A DNA stretch of 64,000 bases from Promethearchaeia archaeon. Lineage in GTDB: Archaea > Asgardarchaeota > Lokiarchaeia > Sigyniarchaeales > SOKP01. Each line of letters opens with the position of its first letter. The stretch's first letter is position 1. This document shows, piece by piece, positions 39,301 to 49,265 of this stretch. Below the pieces are notes generated by a model that did no database searches, was not told where the DNA came from, and saw only the letters and a program-made list of their open reading frames with translations. The stretch is from the NCBI GenBank assembly GCA_029856155.1, contig JAHQWL010000088.1, positions 25,459-89,458 on the forward strand, in the 5' to 3' direction. The position numbers were made by a program, and so were the translations under genes.

Positions 39301-42213
39301 CTAATAGATTCCAAATTCACGGATTTCTCGCATTATTTCTGGAATTTTTTCTCCTAATTCAATAATTTGGCTTTGATATTTATTAAAATAATCGTTAAAT
39401 TTCTTATTCTTCCCTAGATCTATTTCTTTTACGAAATCATACGATATTTGTTGGATTGTGTCAAATGTGTTATTGAATTGTTCAGTAGATGCCATAAGTT
39501 TTTGATTTACTTCTTTACCTTGTTTCCTTACCATATTTCGTAATTTCCCACGGGGAATTCTTATTTTTTCTATTATAGTATCACATTCAAGGAGAAAATG
39601 ATAAGATATTTTTTTCTCTTCCTCATTAAGTCTTGCCTCCATTATTTCGGTTCTCCAAGTATTTATCCTTCCTCTAGCAAAAGTATCAAAATTGAGAGAG
39701 AGAGAATCAATGCCTTCTCTAACTAAAAATCGAAGGAATTCAGGGTCATCGCTAGGAGCTTGCCCACAAATTCCAACTTTTTTACCGTATTCATGAGCAG
39801 TTTTGATTAAATGACTTAAAGATCTTCTAATCGCTTCACTATTAGTAGTATATTTAAATTCTTTAGCTATTGGTATTAATTTAGAGCCATCTCTATCAAC
39901 CCCATATATTAATTGGGTCAAATCATTGCTTCCAATGCTAAATCCATCAAAATATTGGCAAAATAAATCTGCACAAATAATATTTGAGGGAATTTCAGCC
40001 ATAACATAGACTTTTAAATCATCTTCTCCTCGAATTAAACCTTCACTTTCCATTATTTCTATAATCTCTTTTCCTTCTTCTGGTGATCGACAAAATGGAA
40101 CCATTGGAATTATGTTTTTTAAGCCCCACTCCCGAGCTTTTTTGATAGCTCTTAATTCTAATATAAAGGCATGTTGGAAATCATCAGAAACATACCTTGA
40201 AGCACCTCTAAAACCCATCATTGGATTATTTTCTTCACCTTCGTATATCCAACCGCCTATTAAATTTGCGTATTCATTAGTTTTAAAATCTGAAAGTCTA
40301 ATTACGCATTCACCAATACTACCATCGGATAATATCTTCCATACTCCCGCAGCAATTGTAGCTATTCCTTCAGCCAATTTATCAATATAAAATTCTACTT
40401 TATCCTCATAACCGATTGTTAAAGTCCTTATTTTATCAAGAGTATGCTTTAATTGAAAAATTTCTTGATTAAACGGATCTTTATGATATAAATCGCTTTT
40501 TTTAATATTTTCAATCTTTTTTCTTTGATCTAGTAATATATCATATCTCATTACTAAAGCTTCAAAATCAATTAATGCGTTTGGATGAATTTGAGCTTCA
40601 TCATTGATTATAAATTCAAGACGGGCTAACCCTGTCCCGTCTGGATGCTTTCCTTGGCTTAATGCGCCTTTAGGGATTCCTAAATTCACTAGTACTCTCG
40701 TCTGAGTTCGTGGAAGTTTAGCAAATTCAATTGTATCAAAATCATATTCCACATCTTTTAACCAAATTCTTGGTTCCCCTTCGCTACAATCAATTGTTAT
40801 ATAATCAATTCCATCGCGCTGTTTCTCTTTCATAACCTGAACTATTTCATCAGCTCCGACAATTGATGAAATATTTAGCTCGCGAGATACAATTGCTGCA
40901 TGACAAGTAGGACCACCTCGTTCAGTAATGACCCCTCCCAGATTTTGCATATAAGATGTCCAATCGGGATTTGTTTCTTCTGTAATAAGAATGTCGCCTT
41001 CTCGTAATAAATGAGCGTCGTTAATTGATTCAATTATTTTTACTTTCCCATAACCTATTCTTCGTCCAATCGCGATTCCTGAGTTTTCTACCAATAGTCC
41101 ATCTTGGGTCAATTTAACAGGATCTTCAAGAAGATAGAAGATTTCTTCAACATCGCCTTTGATACTATGAACTGTTTCGGGGCGTGCTTGGACTATATAT
41201 ACTTTTTCATTGTTACCGACTGCAAATTCAATGTCCATCCTTCGACCGTAATGTTCTCTAATTTTTTGGGCATAATCTGCTAATATTAGGACCTCATTTT
41301 CTGTTAGACAATATTGCATCTGCTTTTTTTCGGGCACTTGAATCACTTCAGTTCCTATTTTTTCAGTGCCTTTTGTAAAAATCATCATTTTCTCTTTTTT
41401 AGCAAGTTCACGACGAATAATCCTTAGTTTTCTAGGATCATGTTTGAATACAATGAATTCATCCCCTTTTTCAACACCTTGTACTATTAATTCTCCTAAA
41501 CCCCAAGTTCCCCTAATAACAACTACGTTTGGATTACCCGAATCAGGGTCTTCAGTAAACATTACTCCAGAGGATTTAACACCGCCTAATCCGCCTGCCA
41601 TCTCTTGAACTCCTACTGAAAGTTTTACGGCAAAGTGATCGAATCCCGCCCTTTCGCGATACATTGTCGCTCTTGTAGTAAATACAGATGCCATGTCTTT
41701 TAAAATATATTCTAATATTTCTTTTTCACCCGATATATTCAGATGAGTATCTTGCTGCCCTGCAAAAGAAGCATCGGGTAAATCTTCAGCTGTAGCAGAA
41801 CTTCTGACAGCAAATGTAGACTCTTCACCAATCTTCTCAATCAATTTAGAATAAGCATGTAATATCTCATCCGCTAGAGAATCTGGAATTTTAGATTGTT
41901 CAATAACATATCGTATATTAGCGCAAAATTTATCTACTATCTCAACAGATTTTATATCTTCTGATTTCAATTCACTAGAAATCCTATTTATATCTCTTGC
42001 GATTAATTCTCGAAGTGAAATTTCTTTCTCTTTAATAGTATAATAATTTGTATCCAAGACGTAGTCAAAAGCTTTAGATGTAACAGCAAACCCAAGTGGA
42101 ACTGAAATCCCAAAACTCATCAATTCTCCGAGTGAAGCATTTTTCCCTCCTACCAGAGGTACATCTTGTACACGGACATCTTCAAAGAATTTAATATATT
42201 TATAATCGCTCAT
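39301..42213 (-). CDS. ppsA: Phosphoenolpyruvate synthase (pyruvate, water dikinase)
   Basis: VGGKNASLGE, VRSSATAEDLPDASFAGQQDT, QARPET, GGPTCHAAIVSRE, SIGSNDLTQ, GICGQAPSD. Confidence 0.95.
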   Translation of the reverse strand: MSDYKYIKFFEDVRVQDVPLVGGKNASLGELMSFGISVPLGFAVTSKAFDYVLDTNYYTIKEKEISLRELIARDINRISSELKSEDIKSVEIVDKFCANIRYVIEQSKIPDSLADEILHAYSKLIEKIGEESTFAVRSSATAEDLPDASFAGQQDTHLNISGEKEILEYILKDMASVFTTRATMYRERAGFDHFAVKLSVGVQEMAGGLGGVKSSGVMFTEDPDSGNPNVVVIRGTWGLGELIVQGVEKGDEFIVFKHDPRKLRIIRRELAKKEKMMIFTKGTEKIGTEVIQVPEKKQMQYCLTENEVLILADYAQKIREHYGRRMDIEFAVGNNEKVYIVQARPETVHSIKGDVEEIFYLLEDPVKLTQDGLLVENSGIAIGRRIGYGKVKIIESINDAHLLREGDILITEETNPDWTSYMQNLGGVITERGGPTCHAAIVSRELNISSIVGADEIVQVMKEKQRDGIDYITIDCSEGEPRIWLKDVEYDFDTIEFAKLPRTQTRVLVNLGIPKGALSQGKHPDGTGLARLEFIINDEAQIHPNALIDFEALVMRYDILLDQRKKIENIKKSDLYHKDPFNQEIFQLKHTLDKIRTLTIGYEDKVEFYIDKLAEGIATIAAGVWKILSDGSIGECVIRLSDFKTNEYANLIGGWIYEGEENNPMMGFRGASRYVSDDFQHAFILELRAIKKAREWGLKNIIPMVPFCRSPEEGKEIIEIMESEGLIRGEDDLKVYVMAEIPSNIICADLFCQYFDGFSIGSNDLTQLIYGVDRDGSKLIPIAKEFKYTTNSEAIRRSLSHLIKTAHEYGKKVGICGQAPSDDPEFLRFLVREGIDSLSLNFDTFARGRINTWRTEIMEARLNEEEKKISYHFLLECDTIIEKIRIPRGKLRNMVRKQGKEVNQKLMASTEQFNNTFDTIQQISYDFVKEIDLGKNKKFNDYFNKYQSQIIELGEKIPEIMREIREFGIY

Positions 42214-42325
42214 TTTTAAGAGAAACCCTTAATCTATCTTAGTAATAAGATTTTCACTAAATAATAATTATTATTCTTCTGATTATAAATTAAACGTTAA
42301 TAAAAAAAGTAACGTCAAAAACCGA

Positions 42326-42844
42326 TTATTTTAGCTCTTTTTCAAAGACATCATAGTCCTGTGAAGTATACAAGCAAAAAAAAACTTCTTCAATTTGAGT
42401 ATTACCTTGTAAATAACCTTTTGTCGTTGAAATCATAATTTTTGCACATTTTTCTATTGGGTATCCAAAAATTCCCGTAGATATTGCTGGAAATGCAATT
42501 GTTTTAAGCTTATACTCATCCATCAATTTTAAACTATTGAATGTAGCATTTTTCAATTTCTCATCCTCATTACCTTCACCCATTCTTGGTCCTACAGCAT
42601 GAATAACATATTTAGCATTTAATTTGCCTCCAGTTGTGATAACTGCTCCCCCAATATAAGTACTCCCAATCTTATTACATTCTTCTTGAATTGTTGACCC
42701 ACCTTTTGCCCTAATAGCCCCAGCTACACCGCCACCAAGGATTAGATTTGCATTAGCAGCATTTACTATAGCATCTGTTTCTAGTTCGGTAATATCACCC
42801 TGAATTAAGCTAATAAATGAGTTTTTTACTTTCCATTCCTTCAT
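42326..42844 (-). CDS. Macro domain protein (ADP-ribose/O-acetyl-ADP-ribose hydrolase type)
   Basis: GDIT, AIVNAAN, GGGVAGAI, VIHAVGP, AFPAISTGIFGYP. Confidence 0.93.
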   Translation of the reverse strand: MKEWKVKNSFISLIQGDITELETDAIVNAANANLILGGGVAGAIRAKGGSTIQEECNKIGSTYIGGAVITTGGKLNAKYVIHAVGPRMGEGNEDEKLKNATFNSLKLMDEYKLKTIAFPAISTGIFGYPIEKCAKIMISTTKGYLQGNTQIEEVFFCLYTSQDYDVFEKELK

Positions 42845-42898
42845 ATTGAAACCTTAATATTGATCTAAATAAAAAAATAATTAAATAAATGTATTTTA

Positions 42899-43615
42899 TT
42901 ATTCTTCATTACCTTTTTTAAAGATTTCATCGAGTTTTTGCCTGTCTTCATCAGACATCTTACTCATAGCCTCCATATTTTGCCGCATCAAATCCATCAT
43001 GATTTTTTGTGAAATCAATTGATTTAAGATAGGTATTGCAATCCGCATCCTTGTTAATTCATAATGCATAGTCTTCGCTGTTTCTCGCATCTCTTTTAAC
43101 TCATCTTTAGTCATGCCTTCTTCACCAATCCCGGGACAATCAGCATCAACAACAATAAAGTTTTTTCCATCAAATTCTAAAGGATATGTACGGCAACTTA
43201 AAGGACGGTGATCATAAACTAAGCATTTTTTTTCATCTTTATTATATAAAGGACATTTTACGTTAAGTAATTCTTCTATAGGTATACTTCCAAATGGATC
43301 CTTATTGGTTTTTTCCTCTTCTCCTTCCTTAGGGGGAGGTGCTAAAGGTTTTAGTATTAAATCAATACCTCCATCTGGTTTTTGATAGATACTTAAATAT
43401 GGCATAAAATTAGCAACAACCCCATTTCTAGCCCACATTTCTAAATCCCATAATGTTATAGGTATTGGTCCTCTCGCAGAACAACAATTATCACAACGAG
43501 TGCATTTAAAAGTAAACTTTGCTTTCGTTTTTTCTTCAGTATTTTCTTTTTCAGTAGATTCTTCTTCAATATCGTGTCCTTCAGAAGTTTGACTATTTTT
43601 TTCTTCTTCTGACAT
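42899..43615 (-). CDS. YkgJ/CxxCxxCC cysteine-cluster protein
   Basis: FKCTRCDNCC, CPLY..CLVYDHRPLSCRTYP, CPGIG. Confidence 0.85.
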   Translation of the reverse strand: MSEEEKNSQTSEGHDIEEESTEKENTEEKTKAKFTFKCTRCDNCCSARGPIPITLWDLEMWARNGVVANFMPYLSIYQKPDGGIDLILKPLAPPPKEGEEEKTNKDPFGSIPIEELLNVKCPLYNKDEKKCLVYDHRPLSCRTYPLEFDGKNFIVVDADCPGIGEEGMTKDELKEMRETAKTMHYELTRMRIAIPILNQLISQKIMMDLMRQNMEAMSKMSDEDRQKLDEIFKKGNEE

Positions 43616-43730
43616 TAAAATTCCACCATTATTTATTTTTATAAATTAATATATTAAATTGGTATGAAAAAAAAGAATATACCTTCGAAAAAAAATTTTA
43701 TTTTTATTTCAAATAAATATGTATGAATTT

Positions 43731-44330
43731 TTAAGAAGTCATAAACAATTTTTTCCTATCTAATAATCGTCCAAGATTAATCAATGCCGGTTCGATTATA
43801 ATTTCCTTACGAATACCTGTAAAAACTATTTTTCCTGTACTAAATATCAGAAAAACAGACTTTACGGGATTAAAAGAATTATATACCAAACCAGGAAAAA
43901 CCTCTGGTTCATAAATAGCATTTTCCAATACAGTAACTGCGAGATCTAAATTTATTTGTTTATAAAAGTTTGCAGTTCCTACAATGTTCACGATTTCTTG
44001 AACAATTAAACTTTCTTCTATAGAAATCTTAACATTTTCATTAAGTTTCAATATTAATAGCTTAATCACTAAATCGATTTGATTAAATAATTTTAAACCT
44101 GTTATAATTAGTTTTCCATTTCTAAAAATAATAGATACACATTTTGGGTACTTGAATCTTATAAAAAGTCCTGGAAAACGTTCTGGATTATACTCAGAGT
44201 TATTTATTTTTGCATTTATTTTTCTTAAAGCAAGATCTTCGCCTAAATTTAATGATATTTTAACAACAATATTTTGAATAGTATATGTCAGACTTTTTAT
44301 CTCATCTTCTGATTTTACATCAAGAACCAT
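43731..44330 (-). CDS. tbp: TATA-box-binding protein (divergent)
   Basis: Two repeats: YNPERFPGL..IFRNGKLIITG and YEPEVFPGL..IFSTGKIVFTG. Confidence 0.9.
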   Translation of the reverse strand: MVLDVKSEDEIKSLTYTIQNIVVKISLNLGEDLALRKINAKINNSEYNPERFPGLFIRFKYPKCVSIIFRNGKLIITGLKLFNQIDLVIKLLILKLNENVKISIEESLIVQEIVNIVGTANFYKQINLDLAVTVLENAIYEPEVFPGLVYNSFNPVKSVFLIFSTGKIVFTGIRKEIIIEPALINLGRLLDRKKLFMTS

Positions 44331-44642
44331 TAATGGACTCCTTAATATTTCTTGCTCTAATATATTTCCAATTAATTATTAAGGAGGCATTCTATTTAAC
44401 TCTACTTTTTCACCTTAATTTAAATGAAAATGTTTAATTTGTTTATTTCAGCTAATGTAGAACTTCTTTAAGAAAAAATTATTAAAAATCGTCAATAAAA
44501 CATAAAAAATAATCCATTGGAACAATTTAATAAAATTTAATAACAAATGAAATTAAAAAGGATTACGATTTAACCTTTCTAAAAAAGATTTTTAATAAAG
44601 ATTAATTTGATTTTTTATATTGATTTATTTAAATTATTTATC

Positions 44643-44876
44643 ATGAAGCGATTGATCTTAAAAAAAATATATATCTGGTTTTTGTTAACTATTAATTTAT
44701 TATTTGCATTTATTATCGGTTTATCAATTCCATTGTTAGAATCTGCCAGCTTTTTTAATCTTGGTTTTGTTATGATTCCATTATTAATAATTCTTAATTA
44801 TATAATAGTCGATAGGTTTCACTATTATCTGAAACATACAGATGAAGAAGGGGAAAATAAAAATGCGCAAATTTAA
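44643..44876 (+). CDS. Small two-TM membrane protein overlapping the archaeosortase start
   Basis: Two hydrophobic helices; ATG 44643 preferred over TTG 44607. Confidence 0.55.
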   Translation: MKRLILKKIYIWFLLTINLLFAFIIGLSIPLLESASFFNLGFVMIPLLIILNYIIVDRFHYYLKHTDEEGENKNAQI

Positions 44877-45732
44877 GGAATTAAGTAATATTAAAAAACC
44901 AATTATAGAATATAACGAACGAAAATATATCTTTTCTATTAGATCTTTAATTTTGTTCGCTATAGGAGCACCACTATCGGCATATCTTATATATATTTTC
45001 TTTGATTGGGAAGCTCAATTTTGGCTTCATGAGATTGTTGTAAAGCAGACGGTATATTTCTTGAATCTTTTTTTTAATATGGGTGCAGAAGCGCAATTTG
45101 CTCCAAGTGGAATATATCATTGGAAGTTTGCTATACCTGGGAAAACACCTATATATTTTGAAACTTTTTGTACAGGCATTCAAGCAATCTGTATTTTTGC
45201 AGGAATCATCATATTTACACCCCACAGTCAAGATTCAGCCGCAAAAGAAGATATTGTATGGCGGAAAACAAAAGCCCTCATAGTCTCATCAGTTATCTTT
45301 TATGTTGTGAACATAATACGAATGTTAATTCAAATTGAATTATATTATATTGGGTATGATTGGAATGATATACATGTATCAATAAGTGCCGCTTCTTCGT
45401 TTATTGCAGCAATTATTGTTTTATTGATGCATAAATGGATTCCAGAATTTATTTTATCAATAATTTATACTGGAACCCTTGTAAGTGAACCTATAAAGGT
45501 AAAAAGAAAGAAAAAAGTAAAAGAAATGGTGGAAAAAGTGAACAAAGCTGAATTAAAATTAATGCGAAAAATTTTAAGGATGGATAAAAAAACTTATTTA
45601 CGTGAAATGTCTACTTGGTCAGAAGAGTTTGGTTATATAATTGACGGGAATTACTTAACAATTCCCCCGGAAAAAGTTTCAAATTTTATTGAATTATTAA
45701 TGTTGGATAAACCTTTTAAGAAAAATAATTAG
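44842..45732 (+). CDS. Archaeosortase/exosortase family protein with a C-terminal winged-helix-like extension
   Basis: Catalytic Cys (FETFCTG), Arg (VNIIR) and His (DIH) among TM helices; soluble tail ..WSEEFGYIIDGNYL.. Confidence 0.8.
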   Translation: MKKGKIKMRKFKELSNIKKPIIEYNERKYIFSIRSLILFAIGAPLSAYLIYIFFDWEAQFWLHEIVVKQTVYFLNLFFNMGAEAQFAPSGIYHWKFAIPGKTPIYFETFCTGIQAICIFAGIIIFTPHSQDSAAKEDIVWRKTKALIVSSVIFYVVNIIRMLIQIELYYIGYDWNDIHVSISAASSFIAAIIVLLMHKWIPEFILSIIYTGTLVSEPIKVKRKKKVKEMVEKVNKAELKLMRKILRMDKKTYLREMSTWSEEFGYIIDGNYLTIPPEKVSNFIELLMLDKPFKKNN

Positions 45733-45790
45733 AATATAATAACGTTTTTTCACTATAAAAACATAATAATAAGAAATTTTTGATTGAATT

Positions 45791-46693
45791 ATGTTAGAGT
45801 TTGAATCTGAACAAAAAATAGTCCAAATTGGTAATATTAAATTAGGTGGTCAACCAGGGGAAAATCCTATTGTTATGATCGGAACTGTTTTTTATGCAAA
45901 GCATGCTGCGCTATTGGATGAAAAGACAGGTAAAATCGATAAAAATCTTATTGAACGAGAATTAAATGAATTTACAGAATTAATTGAAGATACTCAACTA
46001 CAAGGAATAATTGATGTTGTAGGATCATATCCAGAAGCACTTGTAAAGGAATGTGAATTTATTGCAAATAATGTAGAATATCCCTTTTTGGTTGATGGAT
46101 TGAATGATTCCTCAAGAGTTCCAGCAATGCAAAGATTACAAGAAATCGGCTTATTAGATAGAGCCATATTGAACAGCATTGATGAAAATACTACTGATGA
46201 AAACTTAAAGCGTTTAAAGGAAATTGGAGTTAAAAATGCTGTGCTACTAACATTTGGAAATAGGTATATCTTTCCAAAGCAGAAGTTGAAATTCTTAGAA
46301 GAGACATTAATCCCTAAGGCTAAAAAGGCGAATATTGATAATTGTATTGTGGATACAGCTGTATTAGATTTACCCTCAATTTCAATCAATTTTGAAACAA
46401 GCGGATTGGTTAAAAAAGAATTGGGGTTACCAACTGGATTTGCTCCAGCTAATGCGATTTATGGGTGGAGTTTTGCTAAAAAGTATGGTGAAAATGCTAG
46501 ATGCGGGGCTATAGCATCAATAATGACCTATTGCGCTTCTGCTCCTAGTGATTTTATTTTGTTTGGCCCATTAAAATTCGCAAAATGTATTATACCTGCA
46601 ATTTCTTTAATTTCTGGAGTCAATTCTTATTACAGAAAAAGGATTTTAAGAAAAAAAATATATGAGAGATCGCCTTTAAAAACAATATTTTAA
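45791..46693 (+). CDS. mtrH: MtrH-like pterin-binding methyltransferase
   Basis: EQKIVQIGNIKLGGQPGENPIVMIGTVFY, ILNSI, VDTAVLD, DFILFGP. Confidence 0.85.
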   Translation: MLEFESEQKIVQIGNIKLGGQPGENPIVMIGTVFYAKHAALLDEKTGKIDKNLIERELNEFTELIEDTQLQGIIDVVGSYPEALVKECEFIANNVEYPFLVDGLNDSSRVPAMQRLQEIGLLDRAILNSIDENTTDENLKRLKEIGVKNAVLLTFGNRYIFPKQKLKFLEETLIPKAKKANIDNCIVDTAVLDLPSISINFETSGLVKKELGLPTGFAPANAIYGWSFAKKYGENARCGAIASIMTYCASAPSDFILFGPLKFAKCIIPAISLISGVNSYYRKRILRKKIYERSPLKTIF

Positions 46694-48192
46694 GCAATAT
46701 ACCTCAAAAGTAAATCTTGAGTGTATTTTAAGAATCCTGGCAATTCTTCATTAATTTTATCTTTTTTATTCTCATTATCTACTAAAAATAAGAGGAACAT
46801 ATAGTTTTCTTCAATTTGAATTCTTTTAATAAAAATTATTGTATTTGAAACACTGAATAGAGCTTCATTTTGTTGTAATGCTTTAAATTTTGAAAATATT
46901 TTAAATAAAACTGTGAATTGAGGTGCTGAAACTTCAAATACATTCATAACTTCTGATTTAGGGATTTTGGTTATTTTGATTGCTTTTTTACTATAATAAT
47001 CTGCTAAAACCAAGCCATCAAGACTTAATAATAGAGTTAAATAAGTATCTGTCATTATAGAAAAATTTTTAAGGTTATGATTAATCAGATCTCTATTAGG
47101 GCTTAATTTTGAGATACCTGAAGAAAATGCTCGTAAAATTGTAATTATTTGGAAGATACTTGTAGTGTATGTTTCAACAGAGTCATCTTGGCTAATTTTT
47201 CTTAACTTTGTTCTGATAAATTCGATATTTTCTTTAATCTCTCCAGTATTTAAGATATCAGAATCTCCTTTTGATAATATATACACTATTGGTGTATTTT
47301 GATTGAATCCTTTTATAACACTCTTAAGATTTTGAAGATATTCAATACCTTCATCAAATCTAGCTTTATCTTTAATATCGATAAAATAAAATAAAAGATC
47401 CGCCTCATATAGATAGATTTCAGCTTTGTTAATGTATTTTTCTCGAAATTTTCTCTGCCCTCCTAAATCCCAAAGAAAGATTGTAGCCCCTAATGCTTCA
47501 ATAGATTTTATACTTGCTCCTGCTGTGGGTTTAAGACCGATCAGTTTACTATATTTACGATCTATAGATAATAAAAAACTAGTTTTACCTGAATTATCCA
47601 ACCCAGCAAATAAAATCTTCATCTTCCTATGAGTAGTAATTGGAGTTGAAGGATTTTTCTCAATTTCTATTAATTCTGTTAAAAGTTCTTGGAAAGATTC
47701 TTCAACATTTTCACGTGGAGGGTAAGAATCAAGCATTTTTTTATCAAAAATTTTGAAAAATTCAGTAACTACGGGTTTAATTCGATTTATATTATTATAT
47801 AAAAAGCTTCGGCTTTTTTCTTCTGCTAGTATCGAAAATGCAGTTGGAATTGGATGATCTTTGGAGTCTGTCCTAATAAAATGAAAATATGTAAGAGAAG
47901 TTGTGTTAAAATCAGGATATGGTAAAATAGCAAAATATTGAATTTTTGTGATATCTTTTTCTTCTAAAACAATCTTATCACTAATAAAAAGGCTTAGATT
48001 TTTTATGGAAATTTGAGTAATGTCTCTGTATGTTAAAATAAGATTGCCTTGGACTCTTGATTTTTTGGCAAGTTCTTCAAATTCTTTCTCAGTAACATAA
48101 TTAGGGAAACAGTAAATTGGGGTTGGACCCAGCTCTCCAAAAACACTGAGGACGAATCCCTTTATAATTGAAGATTTAAGTAATTCTTCCAT
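46690..48192 (-). CDS. uDENN/longin-like domain + Rag/Arf-like GTPase + roadblock-like domain
   Basis: SVFGELGPTP..LPYPD; GLDNSGKT, WDLGGQ, SKGD, TSIF; LLLSLDGLVLAD roadblock pattern. Confidence 0.8.
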   Translation of the reverse strand: MEELLKSSIIKGFVLSVFGELGPTPIYCFPNYVTEKEFEELAKKSRVQGNLILTYRDITQISIKNLSLFISDKIVLEEKDITKIQYFAILPYPDFNTTSLTYFHFIRTDSKDHPIPTAFSILAEEKSRSFLYNNINRIKPVVTEFFKIFDKKMLDSYPPRENVEESFQELLTELIEIEKNPSTPITTHRKMKILFAGLDNSGKTSFLLSIDRKYSKLIGLKPTAGASIKSIEALGATIFLWDLGGQRKFREKYINKAEIYLYEADLLFYFIDIKDKARFDEGIEYLQNLKSVIKGFNQNTPIVYILSKGDSDILNTGEIKENIEFIRTKLRKISQDDSVETYTTSIFQIITILRAFSSGISKLSPNRDLINHNLKNFSIMTDTYLTLLLSLDGLVLADYYSKKAIKITKIPKSEVMNVFEVSAPQFTVLFKIFSKFKALQQNEALFSVSNTIIFIKRIQIEENYMFLLFLVDNENKKDKINEELPGFLKYTQDLLLRYIA

Positions 48193-48286
48193 TATTTTAT
48201 ATAATCATTTTTTTATTTTAAGTTTAAAACTTCTTAAATTATTTTAAGCAAATTTAATTATTAATAGCTTTATATTTAAATCATAA

Positions 48287-49249
48287 ATGTTTCTTAAAAA
48301 AATCGCGGAAAGCATTAGAAATAACCAAAATATCATAGAAAAGAAAGAAATTAACCCCATTGTACAATATATAGATAAAAATTCCTTTAAGAGCTCTAAA
48401 GTATTTCGTGATATAGGTGAAGATTCTGCTGCGATAAATAATAATGAAAAGTTAACTTTAATTACAACTGATAGAATAAAAACATCATTTATCGAAAATT
48501 TTCCATTTGGGGCGGGATTTAGTTCTATTTTAGTTAGTATTGATGATATTTATGCATGTGGAGGGATCCCATTAGCCGCTACTATAATTTTATCTATTAA
48601 AGAGCCAGGGATTTTTACTGAGTTACTAAAAGGAATTTGTGAAGGTTCAAAAAAATTCCAAGTTCCAATCATTAGAGGTCATACAAATGTTAATAGTGAA
48701 TGTTATGAATTAAGTTCCACAATGATTGGAGAAATAAAAAAAGAAAATTATATATCTGCTGGTAATGCTCAATTATCTGATAATATTATTTTAGCCGTTG
48801 ATTTTGATGGAAAAGTAGGAAAGGCTAGTAAATTTTATTATGATACTACAACATTTAAATCTTCAGAAGACGTTCTCAAAAAAAGAAAAGCTATGAATGT
48901 TATTGCCGAAAAACATTTAGTTAATGCCTCCAAGGATGTTTCGAATGGGGGGATATTTGGAACTTTATTACAAATGATCAAATATTCAAGTGTAGGTGCT
49001 GATGTCAATATTAATAAAATTATAATCCCTCCAAAATTAATTGAACAAAATTATAAAATAGAAACATATATTAAAATGTACCTAACAACCTCATATATTC
49101 TTACAGCATCTAAGAGTAATTGTAATCGGGTAATAGAAATATTTAATGAATATGGACTAGAAGCCCAGGTTATAGGAAAAATCATTAAAGAAAAAAATCT
49201 TTTGAGAATAAACAATAGTAAAGAAACAATTGATGTAATAAGATTTTAA
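48287..49249 (+). CDS. AIR synthase (PurM/ThiL)-superfamily protein
   Basis: IGEDSAAI, DDIYACGG.P, RGHT, KDVSNGGIFGT. Confidence 0.8.
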   Translation: MFLKKIAESIRNNQNIIEKKEINPIVQYIDKNSFKSSKVFRDIGEDSAAINNNEKLTLITTDRIKTSFIENFPFGAGFSSILVSIDDIYACGGIPLAATIILSIKEPGIFTELLKGICEGSKKFQVPIIRGHTNVNSECYELSSTMIGEIKKENYISAGNAQLSDNIILAVDFDGKVGKASKFYYDTTTFKSSEDVLKKRKAMNVIAEKHLVNASKDVSNGGIFGTLLQMIKYSSVGADVNINKIIIPPKLIEQNYKIETYIKMYLTTSYILTASKSNCNRVIEIFNEYGLEAQVIGKIIKEKNLLRINNSKETIDVIRF

Positions 49250-49265
49250 GCATCTTTGGTTAATC

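Noticed and set aside
48287-49249. Possible selenophosphate synthetase SelD
   Set aside because: PurM-fold motifs are present, but the N-terminal Cys/Sec-x-x-Lys motif is absent.
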